Assembly: GCA_964016885.1 (NCBI GenBank)
Contig: OZ024743.1
Coordinates: 94,426,001-94,490,000 of the forward strand
Length of the DNA: 64,000 nucleotides
Reading direction: 5' to 3'
From: Eledone cirrhosa
Lineage: Eukaryota
Below, in pieces: positions 11,540 to 25,067 of the stretch (its first letter is position 1; the number at the start of each line of letters is the position of its first letter). The notes beneath the pieces are model-generated. The model was given only the letters and a program-made list of their open reading frames with translations, was not told where the DNA came from and searched no databases. The position numbers and the translations under genes were made by a program.

Positions 11540-11648
11540 GAGAAGCGCAAACACTTTTTTTAAAGTGTTCGTTTCGGAACCAAGTGGTTTTGGGTTCAAT
11601 CTCGTTGCATACAACCTTGGTCAAGTGTCTTCTACTATAACTCTGTGA

Positions 11649-11691
<43 letters not shown>

Positions 11692-11715
11692 AGAAAATCT
11701 GCTTCGTAGTATCGA

Positions 11716-11810
11716 GACGTATCCGAGGACCGCGCGATTTCAAAGTCATGTTTGATCACCACATCGATCGTGCCTCGAGCTGATCGGCTGAGAAACAACA
11801 GTAATATGTC
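11716..11810 (+). ncRNA. Hammerhead-like motif with CCGAGGA core and long stem II (second copy 21087-21181)
   Basis: GACGTAT CCGAGGA ...62 nt... GAAA CAACAG TA ATATGTC; 7-bp stem I; AATAAA follows. Confidence 0.55.
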
Positions 11811-12087
11811 CAATAAATTCCTTTCGTCGCAACACTGATTCTCTTTTTTTAGTACAAATTAAGCAATTCTCATTTAACAATCAGAATTAACTAGATCGAA
11901 TTTGACAATAAAAATTAATTAGATTATATTTGACAATTACAAATAATTTATTTTTAACAATGAGGAAAAACAAATTCATATTTAATAATCATAATTAATC
12001 AATTCATATTTAACAATGAAAATAACTAATTCATATTTATCAATTATAATTAATTAATTTATACATAACATTCATAATTCTCTAATT

Positions 12088-15000
12088 CATCATCATCATC
12101 GTTTAACGTATAATTTCCACGCAAGCATGGGTTAGACAAGTTGTCCTGTTTGAGGCATGTCGGGTCAGGTGACTGTGTCTTGCTCATACCGAACAGTGTC
12201 TGGCTTGGTTTCTACGGATGGATGCCCTTCCTAACGCCAACCACATTTACAGTGAGTACTGAGTACTTTTTGTCGTGACACCTATACGACCACTTTACAG
12301 AGTGGACTGGGGACTGAAGCATGGGTGTAAGGGCTTGGGAGGAGGGGTGTGATAAGATGTGAATGGCGTGTTGGGGCGTGGGAGGTGTATGGAAGGGTGA
12401 GGGAAGATAGTGGTTAAGAGGGGCATACTAGATGTATGCTTCAGTCCGTATGCAAGTGAAGGCGGGTGTTTTGTATTACTGTATAAGGTCAAAGATCTCT
12501 GTCTCGTGCCATTATCTTTGAGAGGTGCAATTGTGCAAGGTCAGCTTTTATCACTTCATCCCAGGTCTTCATGGGTCTTACGACACCATAGCTTCCATCA
12601 ACTGTGATCGCCCTGCACCTTTTTATACAGCTGTCATCCTTCATACGCATCACATAGCCATACCAACGCAATCTTCTCTCTTGCACAATGTATCTGATCC
12701 CTCTTATGTCCAATTTCTCTTTCAGTTCATTTACGCTTTGCCGTGCATGTATATTACTATTACACATCCATTGGAGCATGCAGGCTTCATTTCTTTCCAA
12801 TCTTCGCAGGTCTTCTGCATACAGTGCCAAGGTCTCACTAACATGTAACATTGTTATTCGTATACATGAATCGTACAATCTACCCTTCATTTAAGGGAAC
12901 AACATTTTGTAACTAGCAACGGTAGTAACTCCCTGAACTTTCTCCATTCAGTTCTTACTCTGCCTATTGTACCTTTGGAACTTCATCCTCCACTGCTTAT
13001 TTGGTAACTCGGATAACGGAAACTGCCGACTATTTCTACAAAGCCGTCTGGGTATTTCAAGGGGCTAGTATCCTGTGGACACTTGCTACTTACTGCACCT
13101 GTGTATCGACTGCATATAAAATCTACGTTCTTTGATAGACTACCTGAGATCCCACTACATCCCTTGTGTACCCAAGGTTTGCATTTGGGACATAGGATGG
13201 AGTTTCTACCTACTCCTTTCATGCACACTGAACAAGGCCATTTCCCTGAGGGAATTAGGGTCCTGTTATCCTTTCTACATAAGAACTTTAGTCTTTGACA
13301 AGTTAACATTAAGACCTTTTGATTTTAGGCTATGCTTCCAGGTTTGGAATCTCTTCTCTAATTCTGCCATAGATTCAGCTATGGGGATTAGATCATCTGC
13401 ATACAGATGTTATAGCCTGTAGGGCAATAATTGTTTCTACTTTTGGCACAAGGCCAGCAATTACTCCAGGGCGTTACTGGTACTTTATTTTATCGACCCC
13501 GTTAGGATGAAAGGCAAAGTTAACCTCGGCGGAATTTGAACTCAGAACGTAAAGAGCCATAACTCTATGCCACAAAGTATGGTGTCTGACGCTCTACCAA
13601 TACTGTCAGGAGTGGGCTAAGGATGGAGCCGTGATGCACTAAATTCTTCACTGCAGTTATTGTTAATTCTAACCTTGCTGATTGTTCCTCTATACATGTC
13701 TTGTACAGCCTTCACAAGTTTGTTTAGCCGACCAAGTCAAACAAAAGCTAAGTAGAGGGGTTTACCTTTAGCTAGGTACTTCACGAGGAAGAGAGTATCC
13801 GTGGTACTTTTACCTGGCACAAATCCAAATTGCATTTCATCTAGTTTAACTCGGTCCCTAATTAGCTGTGCGATAATTCCTTCTGTAATCTTCATGACCT
13901 GGTCAACCAACTTAATGCCTCTATAGTTTTCTCTGTCCAGACCATCTCCATTGTAATTGTAGCAGTTGACAATGATGCTGCTACGCTAATCATGAGGTAT
14001 AACACCGTTTTGTATTACTTTGTTTACAATACAGGTGGCTGTGGCGTGATCCACCATTCCACATACTTTCAGCATCTTGGCAACTATTCCCGAAGGTCCA
14101 GCTGCTTTCCCTGTCTTCATATCTTTGATTGCCTTACTTAATATACTACTACTAGCTTGCACAGCCGGTCCCTCTGTTGAGTCAATTTGGGGCAAACTAT
14201 CTTCATCCCATTCATTCTCCTCATTTAGTAGTTTTCATTGTGGTACTTCCATGCTACCTTCTTTTCAGCATTAGTGAGGGCGAGTACTCCGTTATCATTA
14301 CGGATGCACTTCTCCCCAGTGACATCACAATTTTCCCTGACACATTGCCTCGCAATCCTGAACACCTCACGCCTTTGATACTCGCGTTGTAGAACATGAT
14401 TAAATTTTTTATCTTCTGCTTCCCTTCTTGTCACCTAGCTTTTCTCCTATTTTTCTGGTAGTGTTCTCTACTTCTCCTATCCCACCATTCTTTCCATATC
14501 TGTCTTTTGGCCTTAATTGTCTGCCCCAACACCAAGTCACTCTTCTTCTCTCTAGAGACCTCCCCAACTACAGATGTCGTTTGTCGCCTTTAGTAGGTTA
14601 TCTTTCAGGAATTCCCGCTGCTCCTCTATACTGTATATCTCTATTTGCTCTTCTTTACTCTTAAAAGCATGAAGCAGCATACCTCTAAATTTGTTACTGT
14701 CTGTGGTATCCTTCAACTTCCACATTCCTCTCTGTCACCGAGTTCGTCTAACCCTAAATATGAGGTCACCAACTATTAGGTTATATTGGGAAGTGCATTC
14801 TTCGCAGGGAGGGACTTTGTATTTACAACCATTACTCTCTCTCGTCCTCTGGTAAGGCTAGAATCTATCTGGCTGGTATGCTTTCCTGATATAGGTGATC
14901 AAGTGATTGTCTCATTTTTATTTTTAAGTTTATGTTACAGATAGATAGGTCACTGGCATCACAGAATCCCAGGAGCCTGAAACATTCCTTATTTTTAGTA

Positions 15001-15695
15001 CCAAATCCATAACCACCATCGCAGTGTTATCCAACATGCCCATTTAAGTCACCAGCAATAATTATATAGTCAGCGCCGTTTATTTGGGAGTGCATTAGGG
15101 ACTCATAGAACCTGTCTTTTAGGACGTCTAGAAGACCAGATTGGAATGCATAAGCAGAAATAATTGACACGGTTGTTCTATTTAGTACTAGTCTAATTTT
15201 AATGACTCTGTCGTTCACTGTATTTACAACAGATATTTTATCTACCCATTTTTTTGTTAACATGATCCCTACTCCACCTAACCCGTTGACATTTCCCACC
15301 CAGAAAAATTTTGTAGCGTCATATTTTGCCACAAGGAATCAAGTTGACGCCTCCTCTCCATCTAGTCTCTTGTACACAACATACATTAATTTTATTTCGT
15401 TCAAGCATCTCTACAGTCTTACCTGATCGTTCTTTCATCATGTCTACGTTGATGGTATCAGCTCTGAATTTATGGATTTCACCGGAAGGGTGTGGGGAAG
15501 AAGAAGATGAAACTTTAAGAAGGAGAGTAGAAGATGAATTGGTGTTGGTTTTGGTTTTCCATGTCTGAAATAAAGAGGAGTTTTTGCGTGGTCGTCCGGA
15601 GACGGGAGATAAATTAATATTCGTCTTTGGAGTGCTCCAGGTCTCCAACTCTGTAGTCCATTTATCATACGAAACAGCAATTAGGCCCATAACAA
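12088..15695 (-). pseudogene. Degenerate RTE-clade LINE, copy 2, with (GAT)n 3' tail
   Basis: Same motifs plus C-terminal RRLRWYGYVMR...RPMKTW typical of RTE ORFs; ends ACGTTAAACGATGATGATG at 12088. Confidence 0.85.
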
Positions 15696-18600
15696 TGTTT
15701 AGGAGGAGTAGTAGTAGCAGAATAAGTAGCTTTTTTAAAAATAGAAATTGGGTTCAGAATGAAACGTATTTTGCGCTGCTGAGTTTTGATTGGTCCAAAT
15801 GGCTATGGTGGTGTGTGGGGGACGGTGGAGGGGAAATGGCAGATTAATATTGATAAGAGGACTGGAGAGTGCCTTTAAAATAAGACTGAGGGGAAAAAGG
15901 AACTAGACTCCATGTGACTGAAATTGGGGATAAAGAGAGTGGAAAAGACAATATCTGAAGACCGGTGGATAAACAGATCGAGAAAATAGAATATTTACTG
16001 ACTAACAATTAGAATCTACTAATTCTCATTTAACCATCCAAATTCTCTAATTAATATTTAATGATCAGAATTCTCTAATTCATATTTAACCATCAGATTT
16101 CTCTAATTTATATTTGACCATCAGAATTCTCTAATTCATATTTAACCATCAGAATTATCTAATTCTCATTTAACAATCAGAATTCTCTAATTCATATTTA
16201 ACCATCAGAATTCTCTAATTTATATTTAACCATCAGAATTCTCTAATTCATATTTAGCCATCAGAATTCTCTAATTCATATTTAGCCATCAGAATTCTCT
16301 AATTCATATTTAACCATCAAAATTCTCTAATTCATACTTAACCATCAGAATTCTCTAATTCATATTTAAACAATCAGAGTTCTCTAATTCATATTTAACC
16401 ATCATGATTCTCTAATTCATATTTAACCATCAGTATTCTCTAATTTATCCATCAGAATTAAGTAAATAAACAAACATAAATTAACATTATTGTCTCGAAA
16501 ATGTTGACGAAGCGTGAGTGTATTTGAAATTCATAGAAATAATTAGAAAACTGAACACAAGAATAGATGTTAAAACAGTAAAATGCCGTCAATAATAGCA
16601 TGTAAGTCGGGTAAAAATACCCCAAAGGCCAGTGGTCGGTGAAGAGAAAAGAAAAGCTGCAAGGTGGGTGATAGGCAGATGAAATATAGAAATGATTGAG
16701 AGAAGAGGAGAAGAAGTGTGTTGACACATAGAAATGATAGGAGGTGTGTTGTCACGTAGAAGTGATAGGAATAAATAAATAAAGGAAGACATTGAATGAT
16801 ACAAATTCACACACACACAAATCTGCCTTATCAGCTCTCAAATAGGGAAGTTGTTTCGCGCGATTTAATCGAGAGGACCACATAAATTTGCCGGCTAGTG
16901 CAACAGAAAATATATATTTCTGCTGGAATGATGTGCGCGCGATAAGACGAACAGAACCAACAGACAGGCAGATCAGAGAGCAAAGTAAAACGTGTCCTGT
17001 CGGTATAAAGACGCCGCTAGAAGGGACAGTAAAAGCCCTTCTTTCTTCCTATCACTTCTACGTGCCAACACACCTCCTTCTCCCCTTTCAGTCTTTTCTA
17101 TATTTCATCTGCCAATCACTCACCACGCAGATTTACTTTTCTCTTTACCGACCACTGGTCACTGATCTGTCCTTTGAATTATTTTTACCCCTCTTAATAC
17201 TGAAGGCTAATCTTGTGTTGATTTTTCTATGAATTTCAAACTTAATTACTCTCGGGTTTCGAATAATCGTACCCCGCTTTTATTAATTTTTCAGATTTTT
17301 TTCCAACACCCCTGTTCTTACTCCACCCCCCACTCCTGCGTATTAAATTTATTTTATTAATCTATCTCCGGTGAAATTTTATTTTAAGTGGTAGCATTCC
17401 TGTGACAATTAATTTTCTTTATAGATTAAAAAACATTATGCATGACAAAAAAGTACATTACTAGAAATCCTATACGTTATAAAATAAATAGGATGGGTTG
17501 GAGGTCGCAATATGTAAACTAAATGAATATTTCTGGTCTTTAAAAATCAACGGAAACAACCTAAAAAAATTACCGATTTTCAACCCCGCCCCCTCCCATC
17601 TTATTCGAACTCCTCCGCTTATTCCAACCCTCCACTTATTCCACCACCCTATTATTTGGGACCCAAGAGTAGTTCATATTTAGCAACCAGAAATAGCTAA
17701 TTTTTATTTAACAATTCGGATTAATTAATTCACGTTTAATAATCTCAATTAATTAACATTTAACAATCCGAAATAATTAATTCACCTTTAACGATTCGGA
17801 TTAGTTAATTCACATTTAACAATTCGGATTAGTTAATTTACATTTAACAATCCGGATTAGTTAATTCACAGTTAACAATTAAAATCCACCCATTCACATT
17901 TAACAACAACAAAGTAACAAACAACTTCAACTGCATGTCTAAACATACATATCATAACATAAACTTTTATTATCCCGTACAGAATCTAAAATCTTGGGTG
18001 CAACTGCTCTATTATATGATGTGGATTGACAGTATCGGTAGAGGGTCTGACCCCATGCTTTGTAGCATAGAGTTACGGCCTTTGCCATTCTGAGTTCAAA
18101 TCCCGCCGAGGTTAACTTTGCCTTTCATCCTTACGAAGTCGATAAAATAAAGTACCAGTAATGCACTGGTAATTCGAGGGTCTTGTGCCCAAAGTAGAAA
18201 CAATTATATGATTGAACCTCTGTCGGTTCCGACGTTGAGTGTTCCTGTTGTTCGATCAACAGAACAGACTGCTCGTGAAATTAACGTACGTGCAAGTGGC
18301 TGGTTATTCAGCATGCACCTATTCGCAAATCTCAGCGGGATTTAGCGTGACACAGTGTGGGACATGGTTGGCTTTTTTAATTATAGGTTCAATGAGTCAA
18401 ACATCCTAACCACTAAGCCACATACCTTTTCACTGCAATATAATGATAATGATAAAGAAAATCTGTGTAAAGAAAATTTCTTAAAGAAGAAAGCATTATT
18501 TACTGTGAGAAAAAATCCTGTCCGCAAAACAGGCCTTTCAATTAATCAGTTGAGTTCCCAATCATTCCATATAAAACATTATTAAGACACCGATAATTAT

Positions 18601-19264
18601 TTTAAAAATGCAAAACAGCGAAAGTTCACATAAAAATGGCGACAATTCATTAATTGATAAGTAGAAGAACTGTGATCTTTATATCAAAGACAATATCTAG
18701 ACAATCCTCAACCTCATTTCGACATTAAATCGTAAGTTCAAACTTATTGCAGGCATTCAACAAGCGAACACAATTTTATTAAAGAATTTTCTGGCGTGGT
18801 ACTTAATACTCCAGGATAAATTATGAGACATTGTAAAATATGTGGTTATGGCTATTTTGGAAAAGCGGGTACAATGCAAGTTAGAAATACAAGAGGGAAA
18901 CTAGAGTAGAGTAAGAAAAACAAAACAACAACAGTTTATTCGTTTACTTTGTTCTTCATCCACTTTCGAGGTTTTACTTCTTTTCAAAAGAAAAGAAATG
19001 GCGTTTGGAGTTGACAACGAGCGGTGCTTTTCTTGCGAACAGTGTAGTTAATATGTAACATTGTGAGAAATGTGCTTAGTGTTGTTTGGGGAAAACCAGT
19101 ACAATGCATCTTTATAAAATTAAGGTTAATGAAACAAAAAAAGTTTACACATTTACTTTGTATCTCGTGATATTTCAACAGTACGTCCTCATCAGATAAA
19201 ATAAGATGATGCATGACATACCCTGACATAGTAGATGGTTAAGATTCAGTCATGGTAGTCATTT

Positions 19265-19382
<118 letters not shown>

Positions 19383-19926
19383 GGAAAAGAATGAAACGAA
19401 ATTTCATTTCTCACTCTTAGTACGGCTGATACTTAAATGTAAATATGTACACGTACATACATATATGTATACAGACGTACAGTACTACTGTACATACATA
19501 TATGTATACAGACGTACAGTACTACTGTACATACGTATATGTATACAGACGTACAGTACTACTGTACATACATATATGTATACAGACGTACAGTACTACT
19601 GTACATACATATATGTATACAGACGTACAGTACTACTGTACATACATATATGTATACAGACGTACAGTACTACTGTACGTCTGTATACATATATGTATGT
19701 ACGTATACATATTTACATATATATAAAGAGTCGGGACCCGATGTTTGAAACGGCAAGAGCTCAGCTGTCGGGTCCCGATTCTGTATAATGTTAGTCATAC
19801 TCTACCACCCCAAGTATCGAGTACTCTGATGAGTAATGGTCTAACTAGTTTCAAACTGCTTCTATCCTGATATATATATATTGTTCCAGGTACCATATAT
19901 ACAAGTATATAAGTCAAGCTATATAC

Positions 19927-19960
<34 letters not shown>

Positions 19961-20852
19961 TGAGAGAGAGAGAAAGACTGACAGAGTTGATCACACACTA
20001 TATTGCCATATAGAGAATACGTGTTGCATAGAAAGAGATATAATGTTAAGCTTCCATACCTAAAGCCCCCACCAGTAAATAAAACACCCTAGAAAACAAA
20101 AACTCAAAAACGAACGAAAATCTAAAGCCGTTCTTTACTTACGCTTGGTCAATTTGTGTTGTTTCGTATCAAATATCTTTTCTTTAATAACGTTTAAGTA
20201 AAAATACACACCGTATTTATAGGGATTCAGACCCCGATTCTCCACCATCTTTTTTTAATTTTTATTAACCTTTTATTTATTCAAATATTTATCTATTAAT
20301 CTTTTGTTAATTATTTCATTGAGAAATATACCTTAGCTTGAGGAATTTGCGATTCACGTGAACATATTTATATAAAAGAATAAAGAAGATAATTTTTCTA
20401 TCAGCAAGAGAAAATATTTTATTGTTCTCTATTTTGAGTTAACGGTTGATTTCCGGCACTTGTCAATCATGTTCTCACGCTTTCATTTTCTTGTTTGACT
20501 TCTATGTATGTATGTGTATGTGTGTGTGTGTATGTATGTATGTAGTTTTATGTAATATAATGCATGCTTATTTTACGCTAGTATCTCGTGTCTTCATGTG
20601 TGACTACAAAATTGTATTGTGTATCCACGAGGCCAAACACGTGTGCTGACCGACAGAGGTCATTGGTGACCCAGGGGCTATTTCCTCGCCTTCACACTGC
20701 GGAAGTAGAGGGCAAATTGATATTCCTTAAGAATTTGACCCCAAAACTCCAGATTTCGGTTACTTGGCCACAATTTGAACTTTAGATCATACGGAGCCGA
20801 AACAATATTATAAGCAAGTCTTCTACAATTCTTGTCACTCCATAGTCTTTTT

Positions 20853-20902
<50 letters not shown>

Positions 20903-21011
20903 GAGAAGCGCAAACACTTTTTTTAAAGTGTTCGTTTCGGAACCAAGTGGTTTTGGGTTCAATCTCGTTGCATACAACCTTGGTCAAGTGTCTTCTACTA
21001 TAACTCTGTGA

Positions 21012-21062
<51 letters not shown>

Positions 21063-21458
21063 AGAAAATCTGCTTCGTAGTATCGAGACGTATCCGAGGA
21101 CCGCGCGATTTCAAAGTCATGTTTGATCACCACATCGATCGTGCCTCGAGCTGATCGGCTGAGAAACAACAGTAATATGTCCAATAAATTCCTTTCGTCG
21201 CAACACTGATTCTCTTTTTTTAGTACAAATTAAGCAATTCTCATTTAACAATCAGAATTAACTAGATCGAATTTGACAATAAAAATTAATTAGATTATAT
21301 TTGACAATTACAAATAATTTATTTTTAACAATGAGGAAAAACAAATTCATATTTAATAATCATAATTAATCAATTCATATTTAACAATGAAAATAACTAA
21401 TTCATATTTATCAATTATAATTAATTAATTTATACATAACATTCATAATTCTCTAATT

Positions 21459-24400
21459 CATCATCATCATCGTTTAACGTATAATTTCCACGCAAGCATG
21501 GGTTAGACAAGTTGTCCTGTTTGAGGCATGTCGGGTCAGGTGACTGTGTCTTGCTCATACCGAACAGTGTCTGGCTTGGTTTCTACGGATGGATGCCCTT
21601 CCTAACGCCAACCACATTTACAGTGAGTACTGAGTACTTTTTGTCGTGACACCTATACGACCACTTTACAGAGTGGACTGGGGACTGAAGCATGGGTGTA
21701 AGGGCTTGGGAGGAGGGGTGTGATAAGATGTGAATGGCGTGTTGGGGCGTGGGAGGTGTATGGAAGGGTGAGGGAAGATAGTGGTTAAGAGGGGCATACT
21801 AGATGTATGCTTCAGTCCGTATGCAAGAGAAGGCGGGTGTTTTGTATTACTGTATAAGGTCAAAGATCTCTGTCTCGTGCCATTATCTTTGAGAGGTGCA
21901 ATTGTGCAAGGTCAGCTTTTATCACTTCATCCCAGGTCTTCATGGGTCTTACGACACCATAGCTTCCATCAACTGTGATCGCCCTGCACCTTTTTATACA
22001 GCTGTCATCCTTCATACGCATCACATAGCCATACCAACGCAATCTTCTCTCTTGCACAATGTATCTGATCCCTCTTATGTCCAATTTCTCTTTCAGTTCA
22101 TTTACGCTTTGCCGTGCATGTATATTACTATTACACATCCATTGGAGCATGCAGGCTTCATTTCTTTCCAATCTTCGCAGGTCTTCTGCATACAGTACCA
22201 AGGTCTCACTAACATGTAACATTGTTATTCGTATACATGAATCGTACAATCTACCCTTCATTTAAGGGAACAACATTTTGTAACTAGCAACGGTAGTAAC
22301 TCCCTGAACTTTCTCCATTCAGTTCTTACTCTGCCTATTGTACCTTTGGAACTTCATCCTCCACTGCTTATTTGGTAACTCGGATAACGGAAACTGCCGA
22401 CTATTTCTACAAAGCCGTCTGGGTATTTCAAGGGGCTAGTATCCTGTGGACACTTGCTACTTACTGCACCTGTGTATCGACTGCATATAAAATCTACGTT
22501 CTTTGATAGACTACCTGAGATCCCACTACATCCCTTGTGTACCCAAGGTTTGCATTTGGGACATAGGATGGAGTTTCTACTTACTCCTTTCATGCACACT
22601 GAACAAGGCCATTTCCCTGAGGGAATTAGGGTCCTGTTATACTTTCTACATAAGAACTTTAGTCTTTGACAAGTTAACATTAAGACCTTTTGATTTTAGG
22701 CTATGCTTCCAGGTTTGGAATCTCTTCTCTAATTCTGCCATAGATTCAGCTATGGGGATTAGATCATCTGCATACAGATGTTATAGCCTGTAGGGCAATA
22801 ATTGTTTCTACTTTTGGCACAAGGCCAGCAATTACCCCAGGGCGTTACTGGTACTTTATTTTATCGACCCCGTTAGGATGAAAGGCAAAGTTAACCTCGG
22901 CGGAATTTGAACTCAGAACGTAAAGAGCCATAACTCTATGCCACAAAGTATGGTGTCTGACGCTCTACCAATACTGTCAGGAGTGGGCTAAGGATGGAGC
23001 CGTGATGCACTAAATTCTTCACTGCAGTTTTTGTTAATTCTAACCTTGCTGATTGTTCCTCTATACATGTCTTGTACAGCCTTCACAAGTTTGTTTAGCC
23101 GACCAAGTCAAACAAAAGCTAAGTAGAGGGGTTTACCTTTAGCTAGGTACTTCACGAGGAAGAGAGTATCCGTGGTACTTTTACCTGGCACAAATCCAAA
23201 TTGCATTTCATCTAGTTTAACTAGGTCCCTAATTAGCTGTGCGATAATTCCTTCTGTAATCTTCATGACCTGGTCAACCAACTTAATGCCTCTATAGTTT
23301 TCTCTGTCCAGACCATCTCCATTGTAATTGTAGCAGTTGACAATGATGCTGCTACGCTAATCATGAGGTATAACACCGTTTTGTATTACTTTGTTTACAA
23401 TACAGGTGGCTGTGGCGTGATCCACCATTCCACATACTTTCAGCATCTTGGCAACTATTCCCGAAGGTCCAGCTGCTTTCCCTGTCTTCATATCTTTGAT
23501 TGCCTTACTTAATATACTACTACTAGCTTGCACAGCCGGTCCCTCTGTTGAGTCAATTTGGGGCAAACTATCTTCATCCCATTCATTCTCCTCATTTAGT
23601 AGTTTTCATTGTGGCACTTCCATGCTACCTTCTTTTCAGCATTAGTGAGGGCGAGTACTCCGTTATCATTACGGATGCACTTCTCCCCAGTGACATCACA
23701 ATTTTCCCTGACACATTGCCTCGCAATCCTGAACACCTCACGCCTTTGATACTCGCGTTGTAGAACATGATTAAATTTTTTATCTTCTGCTTCCCTTCTT
23801 GTCACCTAGCTTTTCTCCTATTTTTCTGGTAGTGTTCTCTACTTCTCCTATCCCACCATTCTTTCCATATCTGTCTTTTGGCCTTAATTGTCTGCCCCAA
23901 CACCAAGTCACTCTTCTTCTCTCTAGAGACCTCCCCAACTACAGATGTCGTTTGTCGCCTTTAGTAGGTTATCTTTCAGGAATTCCCGCTGCTCCTCTAT
24001 ACTGTATATCTCTATTTGCTCTTCTTTACTCTTAAAAGCATGAAGCAGCATACCTCTAAATTTGTTACTGGCTGTGGGGTCCTTCAACTTCCACATTCCT
24101 CTCTGTCACCGAGTTTGTCTAACCCTAAATATGAGGTCACCAACTATTAGGTTATATTGGGAGGTGCATTCTTCGCCAGGGAGGGACTTTGTATTTACAA
24201 CCATTACTCTCTCTCGTCCTCTGGTAAGGCTAGAATCTATCTGGCTGGTATGCTTTCCTGATATACGTGATCAAGTGATTGTCTCATTTTTATTTTTAAG
24301 TTTATGTTACAGATAGATAGGTCACTGGCATCACAGAATCCCAGGAGCCTGAAACATTCCTTATTTTTAGTACCAAATCCATAACCACCATCGCAGTGTT

Positions 24401-25067
24401 ATCCAACATGCCCATTTAAGTCACCAGCAATAATTATATAGTCAGCGCCGTTTATTTGGGAGTGCATTAGGGACTCATAGAACCTGTCTTTTAGGACGTC
24501 TAGAAGACCAGATTGGAATGCATAAGCAGAAATAATTGACACGGTTGTTCTATTTAGTACTAGTCTAATTTTAATGACTCTGTCGTTCACTGTATTTACA
24601 ACAGATATTTTATCAACCCATTTTTTTGTTAACATGATCCCTACTCCACCTAACCCGTTGACATTTCCCACCCAGAAAAATTTTGTAGCGTCATTTTTTG
24701 CCACAAGGAATCAAGTTGACGCCTCCTCTCCATCTAGTCTCTTGTACACAACATACATTAATTTTATTTCGTTCAAGCATCTCTACAGTCTTACCTGATC
24801 GTTCTTTCATCATGTCTACGTTGATGGTATCAGCTCTGAATTTATGGATTTCACCGGAAGGGTGTGGGGAAGAAGAAGATGAAACTTTAAGAAGGAGAGT
24901 AGAAGATGAATTGGTGTTGGTTTTGGTTTTCCATGTCTGAAATAAAGAGGAGTTTTTGCGTGGTCGTCCGGAGACGGGAGATAAATTAATATTCGTCTTT
25001 GGAGTGCTCCAGGTCTCCAACTCTGTAGTCCATTTATCATACGAAACAGCAATTAGGCCCATAACAA
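21459..25067 (-). pseudogene. Degenerate RTE-clade LINE, copy 3
   Basis: Near-identical to copy 2 at offset 9371. Confidence 0.85.
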
